A DNA stretch of 64,000 bases, from contig JAFZYC010000012.1 in the NCBI GenBank assembly GCA_017616435.1, positions 3,327-67,326 of the forward strand, read 5' to 3'. Below the pieces are notes generated by a model that made no database searches, was not told the origin of the DNA, and saw only the letters and a list, made by a program, of their open reading frames with translations. Source of the stretch: Clostridia bacterium. GTDB lineage: Bacteria > Bacillota > Clostridia > Christensenellales > CAG-138. Below, piece after piece: positions 9,087-18,801 of the stretch (positions are counted from its first letter, which is position 1; each line of letters starts with the position of its first letter). A program made the translations under genes and the position numbers.

Positions 9087-10463
9087 ATGGATTACAGGAC
9101 AGAGCATGACAGCATGGGCGAGGTCAAGGTCGCTGCGGACCGCCTTTGGGGCGCGCAGACGGAAAGATCCCGCCTCAATTTCCCGATAGGCGTCGGCACG
9201 GAGACCATGCCGCGGGAGATCATCCGCGCCTTCGGCATACTGAAAAAGGCTGCGGCGCTCGCCAACCGCGAGCTTCTCCCCGAAAGGATGACCGAAAGGA
9301 AGCTCGACGCGATATCGCGTGCGGCGGACGAGGTGGCAAAGGGAGAGCTCGACGCGCATTTCCCGCTCGTCGTGTGGCAGACGGGCTCCGGCACGCAGAC
9401 CAATATGAACGCCAACGAGGTCATCAAGAACCGCGGCAACGAGCTCGCAGGGGAAGCCCTGCTGCACCCGAACGACGACGTGAACATGTCGCAGTCCTCG
9501 AACGATACCTTCCCGACCGCAATGCATATCGCGGCGGTTACCGCGCTGGAGGATGGGCTCATACCCGCGGCGCAGGGGCTCGCCGCCGCGCTCCGCAGGC
9601 TGGAGGATGAGAACCGGGATGTAATAAAGACCGGCCGCACCCATCTGCAGGACGCGACGCCGATCCGCTTTTCGCAGGAGATATCCGGCTGGCGCGCAAG
9701 CATCGAGCGCGACGTCGACCTCATTAAGAGCGCGCTGCCGCCCCTTTATGAGCTCGCGCTGGGAGGAACCGCCGTAGGCACGGGCGTCAACGCGCCGAAG
9801 GACTTCGGAAAAGCCGCCGCGGAGGCTGTGGCGCTTCTTACGGGCAAGCCCTTCGTCACTGCGGGAAACAAGTTCCACGCGCTCACCTCAAAGGACGAGC
9901 TCGTGTTCGCGCACGGCGCGGTAAAGGCGCTAGCCTGCGACATGATGAAGATCGCGAACGACGTAAGATGGCTCGCCTCCGGGCCGCGCTGCGGGATAGG
10001 GGAGATCACGATACCCGAAAACGAGCCCGGCTCATCCATAATGCCCGGCAAGGTAAATCCCACCCAGTGCGAGCAGGTCACCATGGTCGCGGTGCAGGTG
10101 ATGGGCAACGACGCCGCGATAGGCTTCGCCGCGTCGCAGGGCAATTTCGAGCTCAACGTGTTCATGCCCGTGATCATCTATAACTTCCTGCAGTCGGTAA
10201 GGCTGCTTTCGGAATCCATCGCATCTTTCAAAGAGCGCTGCGCCGAAGGCATAAGGGCGAACGAGGCGGGCATGAAGGAATATCTTGACCGCTCGCTCAT
10301 GCTCGTGACCGCGCTTTCCCCGCATATCGGCTATGAGAACGCGGCGAAGGTGGCAAAGCTCGCCCACGCGGAGGGCGTCACGCTGAGGGAAGCCGCGCAA
10401 AAGCTGGGGCTCATGGAGCCCGACCGCTTCGACAGCGTCGCGGATCCCGAAAAGCTGGCCTGA
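9087..10463 (+). CDS. fumC: class II fumarate hydratase
   Basis: 458 aa. Signature GSSIMPGKVNPTQCE. Confidence 0.94.
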   Translation: MDYRTEHDSMGEVKVAADRLWGAQTERSRLNFPIGVGTETMPREIIRAFGILKKAAALANRELLPERMTERKLDAISRAADEVAKGELDAHFPLVVWQTGSGTQTNMNANEVIKNRGNELAGEALLHPNDDVNMSQSSNDTFPTAMHIAAVTALEDGLIPAAQGLAAALRRLEDENRDVIKTGRTHLQDATPIRFSQEISGWRASIERDVDLIKSALPPLYELALGGTAVGTGVNAPKDFGKAAAEAVALLTGKPFVTAGNKFHALTSKDELVFAHGAVKALACDMMKIANDVRWLASGPRCGIGEITIPENEPGSSIMPGKVNPTQCEQVTMVAVQVMGNDAAIGFAASQGNFELNVFMPVIIYNFLQSVRLLSESIASFKERCAEGIRANEAGMKEYLDRSLMLVTALSPHIGYENAAKVAKLAHAEGVTLREAAQKLGLMEPDRFDSVADPEKLA

Positions 10464-10488
10464 TCCCGCGCATTTTGGCCGGCGGCGG

Positions 10489-10517
10489 TTGACAAGCCGC
10501 ATGCGCAAGGTTATAAT
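10489..10517 (+). promoter_or_regulatory. promoter of purC-purA-purB
   Basis: TTGACA (10489-10494), 17-nt spacer, TATAAT (10512-10517). Confidence 0.6.
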
Positions 10518-10638
10518 TCTATAGTTAAAGGCACAGCGTCCCTTAACGCAAAAGTTGGGGGCGCTCGTCGTTTTTAAAAAGCTATTACGATCGGCGGTAA
10601 CGCCGGGAAAGGGCGCCTTTTTGAGGCGGGGTGACAAT

Positions 10639-11352
10639 ATGGAAAAACTCGAACAGCTTTACGAGGGCAAGGCAAAGAAGGTCTTCATGACCGACGATCC
10701 GGAGCTTCTCATAGTTTCGTACAAGGACGACGCTACCGCGTTCAACGGGCTCAAGAAGGGCACCATCGCGGGCAAGGGCGTTATCAACAACCGCATGAGC
10801 AACCTGCTGATGCAGCTGCTTGAAAGGTCGGGCGTCCCCACCCATTTCGTGGAGGAGCTGAACGAGCGCGAGACCGTGGTCAAACGCGTTTCGATAGTCC
10901 CTCTCGAGGTCATAATTAGGAATATCGCCGCCGGCTCCTTCTCCAAGCGCTACGGCGTGCCGGAGGGCGTCGTGTTCGACGAGCCCACGATCGAGTTCTC
11001 CTATAAGAACGACGAGCTGGGCGATCCGCTTATGAACAGCTATCACGCGCTCGCGCTCAAGCTCGCGACCCGCGAGGAGATAGAGACGATAAAGGCTTAT
11101 GCCTTCAAGGTGGACGAGGTTTTGAAGAGCTTCTGGGCGGAATGCGGCGTTACGCTCGTCGATTTCAAGCTGGAGTTCGGCAGGCTCGCTGACGGGACGA
11201 TCGTCCTTGCCGACGAGATCAGCCCCGACACCTGCAGGCTCTGGGATTCCGAAACGGGCGAAAAGCTCGATAAGGACCGCTTCCGCCGCGATATGGGCGG
11301 CGTAGAGGACGCATATGCAGAGGTAATGGGAAGACTGCTCAAGAACCTTTGA
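10639..11352 (+). CDS. purC: phosphoribosylaminoimidazole-succinocarboxamide (SAICAR) synthase
   Basis: Start at ATG 10639 ([16 protein letters not shown], typical PurC N-terminus). The ORF-track start at 10555 lies inside the leader. Confidence 0.92.
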   Translation: MEKLEQLYEGKAKKVFMTDDPELLIVSYKDDATAFNGLKKGTIAGKGVINNRMSNLLMQLLERSGVPTHFVEELNERETVVKRVSIVPLEVIIRNIAAGSFSKRYGVPEGVVFDEPTIEFSYKNDELGDPLMNSYHALALKLATREEIETIKAYAFKVDEVLKSFWAECGVTLVDFKLEFGRLADGTIVLADEISPDTCRLWDSETGEKLDKDRFRRDMGGVEDAYAEVMGRLLKNL

Positions 11353-11365
11353 TGAACGCACGGAG

Positions 11366-12649
11366 GTGACTAAAATGGCAAACTGCGCAATAGTCGGCGT
11401 CAACTGGGGCGACGAGGGCAAGGGCCGCATGGTCGACCTGCTGACGGAAAACTATGACGTCGTCGTCCGCTTTCAGGGCGGCGGCAACGCCGGCCATACC
11501 GTCATAAACGACAAGGGCAAGTTCGCGCTTCACCTTCTGCCCTCCGGCATATTCCGCGAGGGCGTGGTGAACGTATTGGGCAACGGCGTCGCGCTCGACC
11601 CCGAAAATCTCTGGAAGGAGATGTGCGAGGTCACGGCGCAGGGCGTCGCGATAACCCCAGATAACCTCAAGATCAGCGACCGCGCGAGCCTGCTCATGCC
11701 GTGGCACCGCGATCTTGACGAGCTGGAGGAGAGGCGCCTTGCCGATAAGAAGTTCGGTTCCACGAAGCAGGGCATAGCGCCCTTCTATTCCGATAAATAT
11801 CAGAAGAAGACCGTGCTCGCGGGCGAGCTCTTCTATCCCGAAAGGCTGAAGGCCCATATAATGGGGCTCATGGAGTGGAAGAACCTCACGCTCACCTCCG
11901 TATACGGCGCGGAGCCCTATACCGAGGAAATGATCGACGAGTGGCTCGGCTCCTGCTGTGAAAAGATCAAGCCCTTCATCTGCAATACCGGCGAGTTTCT
12001 GAAAAACGCCCACGCGGAGGGCAAGAGCATACTCTTCGAGGCGCAGCTCGGATCCCTGCGCGATCTCGATTACGGCATTCATCCCTACACGACCTCGTCC
12101 AACACGCTCGCGGCGTACGCGCCCATCGGCTCCGGCTTCCCCGGGGCGAAGATCGGCAGCGTGATAGGCGTGGTAAAGGCGTACTCCACCTGCGTCGGCG
12201 AAGGCCCCTTCGTCTGCGAGATGTTCGGTCCCGAGGCGGAGAAGCTTCGCGAGGCCGGCGCGGAATACGGCGCCAAGACCGGCAGGCCCAGGAGGGTCGG
12301 CCCCATCGACCTCGTCGCAACGAGGTACGGCGCCGCTATGCAGGCAGCGACGGAGATCGCCCTGACCAAGCTCGACGTTCTGAGCTATATGGACATGATC
12401 CCCGTCTGCACGAAGTACGTCGTCGACGGCGAGGAAACGGGCGAGTTCCCGTTCCCCGCAGCGCTCGATGAGGCGAAGCCCGTTATCGAATACCTCCCCG
12501 GCTGGAAATGCGATATCTCCGGCGTGCGCAAATGGGAGGATCTTCCCGAGGCGGCAAAGGATTACGTGCTCTATGTGCAGAGGGAGATAGGCGTTCCCAT
12601 AACCTATGTCTCCGTCGGCCCGGAGCGCGAGAGCATAATCATAAGATAA
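11366..12649 (+). CDS. purA: adenylosuccinate synthetase
   Basis: 427 aa. GDEGKGR P-loop and GGGNAGHT motif. Confidence 0.95.
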   Translation: MTKMANCAIVGVNWGDEGKGRMVDLLTENYDVVVRFQGGGNAGHTVINDKGKFALHLLPSGIFREGVVNVLGNGVALDPENLWKEMCEVTAQGVAITPDNLKISDRASLLMPWHRDLDELEERRLADKKFGSTKQGIAPFYSDKYQKKTVLAGELFYPERLKAHIMGLMEWKNLTLTSVYGAEPYTEEMIDEWLGSCCEKIKPFICNTGEFLKNAHAEGKSILFEAQLGSLRDLDYGIHPYTTSSNTLAAYAPIGSGFPGAKIGSVIGVVKAYSTCVGEGPFVCEMFGPEAEKLREAGAEYGAKTGRPRRVGPIDLVATRYGAAMQAATEIALTKLDVLSYMDMIPVCTKYVVDGEETGEFPFPAALDEAKPVIEYLPGWKCDISGVRKWEDLPEAAKDYVLYVQREIGVPITYVSVGPERESIIIR

Positions 12650-12661
12650 GGAGCCAGCAGT

Positions 12662-14077
12662 ATGACGGATATCTATCAGTCCCCGCTCGCGTCAAGATAC
12701 GCATCCGACTATATGCTCGGGCTGTTTTCGCCCGACACGCGCATAAAGACATGGCGAAAGCTCTGGGTCTCCCTTGCCAAGGCGGAGATGAAGCTCGGCC
12801 TGCCCATCACCCCGGAGCAGGTCGCGGAGCTCGAAGCGCATATCGACGATATCGATTATGACTGCGCCGCCGCAAGGGAAAAGGAAGTCCGCCACGACGT
12901 GATGGCTCACGTCTATACCTACGGCAAGGCGGCTCCCTCCGCAGCGGGCATAATACACCTCGGCGCGACGAGCTGCTACGTCACCGACAACGCGGATCTT
13001 GTCATCTACCGCGACGGCCTGAAATACATCCGCCGCGAGCTCGCCGCGGTCATCGGCAATCTCGCGGATTTCGCGGAGGCGCACGCCGCGCTGCCAACGC
13101 TCGGCTACACGCATTATCAGCCCGCGCAGCTCGTCACCGTCGGCAAGAGGGCGACGCTCTGGATGCAGGATCTCGTCTCCGATCTTCGTGAGATCGATTT
13201 CGCCATAGAGAACATCAAGTTCTTGGGCTGCCGCGGCACCACGGGCACCGAGGCCTCGTTCATGGAGCTTTTCGAGGGCGACACAGCTAAGATCGACGAG
13301 ATGAACCGCATGATCGCCGCCGATTTCGGCTTTACCGATCTCTTCGGCGTCTGCGGGCAGACCTACCCGCGCAAGGTCGACAGCCGCATAATGAACGCGC
13401 TCTCCTCCGTCGCGCAGAGCCTGTACCGAATGGCGAACGACATAAGGCTCCTGCAGCATGACCGCCAGATAGAGGAGCCGTTCGAGAAGAACCAGATAGG
13501 CTCATCCGCGATGGCCTACAAGCGCAACCCTATGCGCTCGGAGCGAATATGCTCGCTCGCCCGCTATCTCATGGCGGATGCGATGAACGCCCACATGACG
13601 GCCTCCGTGCAGTGGCTGGAGCGCACCCTCGACGATTCGGCGAACCGCCGCATCTCCCTGCCGGAGGGCTTCCTCTGCGCGGACGCGATAATCCGCCTCG
13701 CAAGGAACGTCACCGACGGTCTGCGCGTCAACGAAAAGATAATCGAGCGGACAGTCATGGAGTATCTTCCCTTCATCGCGACGGAGAACCTCATGATGGA
13801 GGGCGTGAAGCGCGGCGGCGACCGCCAGAAGCTCCACGAGATAATAAGGACCTGCTCAATGGAAGCCACGCGCCGCATGAAGGAGGGCCTGAACTGCGAC
13901 CTGCTCGAACGCCTCAAGAACGAACCCGAGTTCGGCCTGACCGGCGACGAGATGGAGGCGCTGCTCGATCCCTCGCTCTACATCGGCAGATGTCCCGAAC
14001 AGGTAAAGACCTATGTCGAAAAGATCCGCCCCCTGCTCGCGGACGCAGCGGAGGATGAGGCGGAGATAAATCTGTAA
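12662..14077 (+). CDS. purB: adenylosuccinate lyase
   Basis: 471 aa. Fumarase/lyase family signature region GSSAMAYKRNP. Confidence 0.95.
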   Translation: MTDIYQSPLASRYASDYMLGLFSPDTRIKTWRKLWVSLAKAEMKLGLPITPEQVAELEAHIDDIDYDCAAAREKEVRHDVMAHVYTYGKAAPSAAGIIHLGATSCYVTDNADLVIYRDGLKYIRRELAAVIGNLADFAEAHAALPTLGYTHYQPAQLVTVGKRATLWMQDLVSDLREIDFAIENIKFLGCRGTTGTEASFMELFEGDTAKIDEMNRMIAADFGFTDLFGVCGQTYPRKVDSRIMNALSSVAQSLYRMANDIRLLQHDRQIEEPFEKNQIGSSAMAYKRNPMRSERICSLARYLMADAMNAHMTASVQWLERTLDDSANRRISLPEGFLCADAIIRLARNVTDGLRVNEKIIERTVMEYLPFIATENLMMEGVKRGGDRQKLHEIIRTCSMEATRRMKEGLNCDLLERLKNEPEFGLTGDEMEALLDPSLYIGRCPEQVKTYVEKIRPLLADAAEDEAEINL

Positions 14078-14092
14078 AAAGGAATAATGAGG

Positions 14093-14123
14093 AAGCAGCA
14101 CGCTGAGACGTGCTGCTTTTTTG
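14093..14123 (+). terminator. intrinsic terminator after purB
   Basis: AGCAGCACG-CTGAGA-CGTGCTGCT followed by TTTTTG. Confidence 0.75.
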
Positions 14124-14126
14124 TAG

Positions 14127-14141
14127 GCAGATGGAGGGATT
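14127..14141 (-). repeat. 15-bp duplicate of the tRNA-Leu 3' end (direct repeat with 14312-14326)
   Basis: GCAGATGGAGGGATT occurs at 14127-14141 and inside the tRNA T-arm/acceptor at 14312-14326. The copy lacks the rest of the tRNA. Confidence 0.7.
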
Positions 14142-14264
14142 CGGTTTTGACCCTATCGCGTCATTTTGCTTGTTTTCCAAACTGCGCAAAATGCGCAGGG
14201 ATCAAAACCCCGGGGCGGCAAAACGATTCACAGGATCGTTTTGCTCGCCCTTCAAATCCCTTCA

Positions 14265-14307
14265 TTATAAAGACCAAGACCCTATGCCCCGGCGGGGCAT
14301 AGGGTCT
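14265..14307 (-). terminator. terminator hairpin immediately 3' of tRNA-Leu
   Basis: Perfect 15-bp stem AAGACCCTATGCCCC-GGC-GGGGCATAGGGTCTT. On the minus strand it is followed by GGTCTTTATAAT. Confidence 0.6.
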
Positions 14308-14390
14308 TGGTGCAGATGGAGGGATTTGAACCCTCAAGCTTTCGCCGGCGGATTTTAAGTCCGCTGTGTATGCCGTTCCACCACATCTGC
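14308..14390 (-). tRNA. tRNA-Leu (anticodon UAA), CCA-encoded, long variable arm
   Basis: Minus strand GCAGATGTGGTGGAACGGCATACACAGCGGACTTAAAATCCGCCGGCGAAAGCTTGAGGGTTCAAATCCCTCCATCTGCACCA. 7-bp acceptor stem, anticodon loop CUUAAAA, type II variable arm, T-loop TTCAAAT. Confidence 0.92.
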
Positions 14391-14486
14391 GTCTGCGCTA
14401 TTATACATCGAAGACAGGGCTTCGTCAATCGCGAAATGCTCCTTTCGGGGATGGCGGGCATTCGGCAAAAATCGTATAAAAAAGCA

Positions 14487-14515
14487 ATGACAAAATATAT
14501 ACTGTGTGTTATAAT
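14487..14515 (+). promoter_or_regulatory. promoter of the glgBCDA operon
   Basis: ATGACA (14487-14492), 17-nt spacer, TG-extended TATAAT (14510-14515). Confidence 0.5.
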
Positions 14516-14545
14516 GAGAAAAAAGAGAATAGGAGAGATATCGCC

Positions 14546-16369
14546 TTGGCAGAGACAGAACGGAAAAACGTCCCGGATAACGAATGGGTCCGCGGGGAAC
14601 TCCGCGCTTTTATCGAGGGCAGGAGCCGTGAGGCTTACCGTGTATTCGGCGCGCACAGGGACCTTTCCGGAAGCGACGAGTGGCTGTTCCGCGTCTATGC
14701 GCCGAACGCCGCTTTTGTTTCGCTCGTCGGTGATTTCAACTCCTGGCAGGGCGATCCCATGACGTTCGATCCCGAATTCGGCGTGTGGGAGATAAAGCGG
14801 AGCGCAATCCGCGGCCAGCGCTACAAGTACGCGATCACAGGTGGGAACGGCTCGACCGTATTGAAGAGCGATCCCTTCTCCGTTAGGAACGAGCTGAGGC
14901 CTGGCAACGCGAGCGTCGTATGGGATCTCGATCTCTGCGACAGACGCACATGGGAACGCCGCCTCGCATACGAAAAGCCCGTCTCGATCTACGAGGTGCA
15001 TCTGGGCTCGTGGGTCAAGGGGCTCTCGTTCGTCGCCGCCTCGACGGAGCTTGTCGATTACTGCAGCTCCATGGGCTACACCGCGATCGAACTCATGCCC
15101 GTATGCGAGCATCTCTTGGATGAGAGCTGGGGCTATCAGACGAGCGGCATGTACGCGATCACCGCCCGATACGGCACTCCGGAGGAGCTGAGGCTCTTCA
15201 TCGACCGCGCGCACGCGGCGGGGCTCGCCGTTATACTCGATTGGGTCCCCGCGCATTTTGTCAAGGACGACTGCGGCCTCCGCCTCTTCGACGGCACGCC
15301 GCTCTATGAATCGGCGGATCCTCTCCGCGCGGAGATGCCGCTCTGGGGCACCCTGCTCTACGATTTCGACAAGCCCCATGTGCGCAGCTATCTCATGTCC
15401 AACGCGCTCTATTTGATAGAGATGTTCGGCATAGACGGCCTGAGGGTCGACGCGGTAAGCTGCATGCTCTATCTCGATTTCTGCAAATCGGAATGGCGCC
15501 CCAATTTCGACGGTTCCAATCTCAATTACGCCGCGATCAATTTCATAAAGGAGCTCAACGCCGCCGTCCACGAGAGGACGGGAGCGTACATGATAGCGGA
15601 GGAATCGAGCGCGTTCCCCCACGTAACGGGAGGGGAGGGGCTCGGCTTCGATTACAAGTGGAACATGGGCTTCATGAACGACACGCTCTCATATTTCGAG
15701 CTGGACAGCATATACCGCAAATATCATCAGGATAAACTCACGTTCCCCATGACGTACGCCTTTGCGGAGGCGCACATCCTGCCGTTTTCCCATGACGAGG
15801 TCGTGTACGGCAAGCGCTCCCTGATTGGGCGCATGTGCGGCAATTACGAGGCTCAGTTCGCGCAGCTGCGGCTCCTGCTCGCGTACAGGTTCGCCTGCCC
15901 GGGCAAAAAGCTGGAGTTCATGGGAAGCGAGTTCGGCCAGTTCGTGGAATGGAACTTCAGGACGTCGCTCGAATGGTTCCTGCTGGATTACAAGAACCAT
16001 CGGTCCATGCAGAACTTCTCACGCTCGATGAACCGCTTCTATCTCGACAACCGCGCGCTGTGGAACGACGTCTGCGCGTGGGAGGGTTACCGCTGGCTCG
16101 CGCTGACAGATGCGGAGCACAGCATAATCGCTTTCCGCCGCCGCGATCCCGCGACCGGAGAATCGCTGATCTGCGTGTTCAACTTCACTCCGGGCGAGCA
16201 CGGGGCTTACGAGATAGACCTTTCGGCGATCGCGCCGGAGGTGAAGCACAGGCGCGTGCTGCACTGCGCTTTCTCCACGCATGAAAGGATGAATGCAAAA
16301 GCGCAGATCAAAAAGGGCAAACTGATACTGCCGCTTTACGGCTACGAGGGCGCGTTCTACCGCATCTGA
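14546..16369 (+). CDS. glgB: 1,4-alpha-glucan branching enzyme (GH13)
   Basis: GH13 motifs DWVPAHF, GLRVDAV, MIAEES and FSHDEV. Start proposed at TTG 14546, 8 nt after AGGAGAG, because the ATG at 14504 lies upstream of the -10 box. Confidence 0.9.
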   Translation: MAETERKNVPDNEWVRGELRAFIEGRSREAYRVFGAHRDLSGSDEWLFRVYAPNAAFVSLVGDFNSWQGDPMTFDPEFGVWEIKRSAIRGQRYKYAITGGNGSTVLKSDPFSVRNELRPGNASVVWDLDLCDRRTWERRLAYEKPVSIYEVHLGSWVKGLSFVAASTELVDYCSSMGYTAIELMPVCEHLLDESWGYQTSGMYAITARYGTPEELRLFIDRAHAAGLAVILDWVPAHFVKDDCGLRLFDGTPLYESADPLRAEMPLWGTLLYDFDKPHVRSYLMSNALYLIEMFGIDGLRVDAVSCMLYLDFCKSEWRPNFDGSNLNYAAINFIKELNAAVHERTGAYMIAEESSAFPHVTGGEGLGFDYKWNMGFMNDTLSYFELDSIYRKYHQDKLTFPMTYAFAEAHILPFSHDEVVYGKRSLIGRMCGNYEAQFAQLRLLLAYRFACPGKKLEFMGSEFGQFVEWNFRTSLEWFLLDYKNHRSMQNFSRSMNRFYLDNRALWNDVCAWEGYRWLALTDAEHSIIAFRRRDPATGESLICVFNFTPGEHGAYEIDLSAIAPEVKHRRVLHCAFSTHERMNAKAQIKKGKLILPLYGYEGAFYRI

Positions 16370-16432
16370 TAAAAGTACATTCACGGCCTCAGGGGCCGTT
16401 TCAAAAATCCACTAATTCAAGGGGGAAAGATC

Positions 16433-17635
16433 ATGCCAAAGAAAAAGATCATCGCCATGCTGCTCGCGGGCGGGCAGGGCTCGCGCTTGGGAGTGCTGAC
16501 AAAGAGCATGGCAAAGCCCGCGGTGCCCTTCGGAGGGAAGTACAGGATAATCGATTTTCCGCTTTCCAACTGCGTCAACTCCGATATCGACACCGTAGGC
16601 GTATTGACCCAGTATGAGCCGCTCGCGCTCAACGCGTATTTGGGAAGCGGCCAGCCGTGGGACCTCGACCGAATGAACGGCGGCGTATTCGTCCTGCCGC
16701 CCTATGTATCCGGCTCGAAGGGGCAGTGGTACAGCGGGACCGCGAACGCGGTGTACCAGAACATCCCCTTTATCGATCAGTACGACCCGGAATACGTGCT
16801 GATACTCTCCGGCGACCATATCTACAAGATGGATTACGCCAAGATGCTGAAATACCATCAGGAGAAGAACGCCGACGCGACCATCGCGGTACTGACCGTT
16901 CCTATGGAGGAGGCGTCGAGGTTCGGCATAATGAACGCCGATGAGGACGGCCGCATATACGAGTTCGAGGAGAAGCCCAAGGTGCCCAAGAGCAACAAGG
17001 CCTCCATGGGCATATACATATTCAACTGGCGGATACTGAGGCCCTATCTCGTCGCGGACGAGGCCGACCCTGCAAGCTCCCACGACTTCGGCAAGAACAT
17101 TATCCCGAACCTGCTCAACGCCGGCGCGAACCTCGTTGCGTGGAGCTTCAACGGCTACTGGAAGGACGTCGGAACATTGAAGAGCCTCTGGGAAGCGAAC
17201 ATGGATCTTTTGGGCAGCAGGCCGGAGTTCAGACTCGCCGATAAGGATTGGCGAATCTATTCCAAGAGCGCCGCAATGCCGCCCCATTACCTCGGCGCCG
17301 CTTCGGAGGTGAAGGAATGCATCGTCTCGGAAGGCTGCGTCGTTCACGGAAAGGCTGAGCACAGCGTGCTCTTTACGGGCGTGCATGTTGAACAGGGAGC
17401 CGAGATAAGGGATTCGATAGTCATGCCGAACGCCGTGATAGGGGAGAACGCCGTCGTTAAGAGGGCGATAATCGGAGAGGGCGCGGTCGTTGAGGCCGGC
17501 GCCGTGATAGGCTCCGAACCCACGCCCGAGGACGGCAGCTACGACACCTCGCTGACCAGCGATATAACCCTCGTCGCGAACACCGTAACGGTGCCCGCGG
17601 GCAGGAGGATACCCGTCGGCATGATCGTCAAGTGA
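16433..17635 (+). CDS. glgC: glucose-1-phosphate adenylyltransferase
   Basis: 400 aa. [14 protein letters not shown] nucleotide-binding motif and C-terminal left-handed beta-helix repeats. Confidence 0.94.
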   Translation: MPKKKIIAMLLAGGQGSRLGVLTKSMAKPAVPFGGKYRIIDFPLSNCVNSDIDTVGVLTQYEPLALNAYLGSGQPWDLDRMNGGVFVLPPYVSGSKGQWYSGTANAVYQNIPFIDQYDPEYVLILSGDHIYKMDYAKMLKYHQEKNADATIAVLTVPMEEASRFGIMNADEDGRIYEFEEKPKVPKSNKASMGIYIFNWRILRPYLVADEADPASSHDFGKNIIPNLLNAGANLVAWSFNGYWKDVGTLKSLWEANMDLLGSRPEFRLADKDWRIYSKSAAMPPHYLGAASEVKECIVSEGCVVHGKAEHSVLFTGVHVEQGAEIRDSIVMPNAVIGENAVVKRAIIGEGAVVEAGAVIGSEPTPEDGSYDTSLTSDITLVANTVTVPAGRRIPVGMIVK

Positions 17636-17657
17636 CAGCGGAAAGGAAGGAAACGAT

Positions 17658-18779
17658 ATGGAAAACGCATTCGGATTGATCTACACGGGCGACGCAAGCA
17701 TGCAGCTGCGCGACCTGACCTTCTCGCGTTCCGTTGCCGCGGTCCCCTTCGGCGGCAGGTACCGCACGATAGACTTCATGCTCTCCGATCTTGTGAATAC
17801 CGGCATCTACAACGTCGGAATAATAGCGCAGAGGAACTATCATTCGCTGATGGACCATCTGGAGAGCGGCAAGGAGTGGGATCTTCACCGCAAGCGCGAC
17901 GGGCTCTTCGTGCTGCCGCCCTTCGTAACGCATGACAACACCGGCGTTTACAAGGGAACGGTCGACGCGCTCAGGTCCTGCATGGGCTATATAAGGCGCT
18001 CCAGCCAGAAATACGTCGTGCTGATGGGCAGCCACACCATCTACAACACCACATATAACGAAATGATAAAGCAGCATATCGCATCCGGCGCGGACATCAC
18101 GATAATGTACAACCGCGTCAAGGATTACGACATGAGCGAGCAGTTCGACGATCTGCGCCTCAAGATGGACGCGGACGGCAGGGTGACGGATCTTGCGCTC
18201 AACCCCGCGATGCCCGAAACGGACTGCTGCAGCTGCGACGCTTTCGTCATGGAAAAATCCATACTCGAATACCTTGTGGAGGACGCATACGCCCACGCCC
18301 GCTACGATTTCACCAGCGACGTGCTGCTTGGCAGCGTACAGAGCCTCAACATAAGGGGCTGGGAGTACAAGGGTTACGTTGCGAGGATCAACTCCATGAA
18401 CAGCTATTACAGGCACAACATGGCGCTCCTCGACAAGGCGGTATCGAAGGATCTGTTCAGCTCGGAGCATCCCATCTACACCAAGATAAAGGATGAGTTC
18501 CCCGCAAGGTACGTCGGGGAAGGCCGCGCGGTCAACTCGATCGTCGCAGACGGCTGCGTGATAGAGGGCTACGTCGAAAACAGCGTGCTCTTCCGCGGAG
18601 TGCATGTAGCTCCCGGCGCGGTCGTCAGGAACAGTATCCTCATGCAGGCGGACGACATAGGCGAAAACTCCACGCTCGATCACATGATACTCGACAAGAG
18701 CGTCACGGTCGGCACGGAGCGCGTGCTCTCCGGTCATGGCTCGTATCCCGTGATACTGCGCAAGGGCACAAAGGTATAA
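17658..18779 (+). CDS. glgD: glucose-1-phosphate adenylyltransferase, GlgD subunit
   Basis: 373-aa GlgC paralog lacking the GGxGxRL motif. In the position typical of Firmicutes glgC-glgD pairs. Confidence 0.88.
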   Translation: MENAFGLIYTGDASMQLRDLTFSRSVAAVPFGGRYRTIDFMLSDLVNTGIYNVGIIAQRNYHSLMDHLESGKEWDLHRKRDGLFVLPPFVTHDNTGVYKGTVDALRSCMGYIRRSSQKYVVLMGSHTIYNTTYNEMIKQHIASGADITIMYNRVKDYDMSEQFDDLRLKMDADGRVTDLALNPAMPETDCCSCDAFVMEKSILEYLVEDAYAHARYDFTSDVLLGSVQSLNIRGWEYKGYVARINSMNSYYRHNMALLDKAVSKDLFSSEHPIYTKIKDEFPARYVGEGRAVNSIVADGCVIEGYVENSVLFRGVHVAPGAVVRNSILMQADDIGENSTLDHMILDKSVTVGTERVLSGHGSYPVILRKGTKV

Positions 18780-18801
18780 CGGAAATAACAGAGGGCTCGA
18801 T

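Noticed and set aside
10518-10638. Guanine/adenine, ZTP (pfl) or ykkC/PRPP riboswitch upstream of purC
   Set aside because: I could not locate the conserved cores (purine three-way junction UAUA..UAUGG..CCGUAAA, pfl GGGUCGUGAC..CCGCCUGGGC, or the ykkC core). It is kept only as an unassigned structured leader in the findings.
14282-15622. 446-aa minus-strand ORF overlapping tRNA-Leu and glgB
   Set aside because: It overlaps a bona fide tRNA and the GH13 branching-enzyme gene in antisense. Composition is typical of an antisense GC-rich frame.
16370-16432. Hairpin ACGGCC-TCAG-GGGCCGT between glgB and glgC as a terminator
   Set aside because: The stem is short and followed by TTTCAAAAA rather than a T-tract. 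The genes are clearly one functional operon. At most this is a weak pause or processing site.
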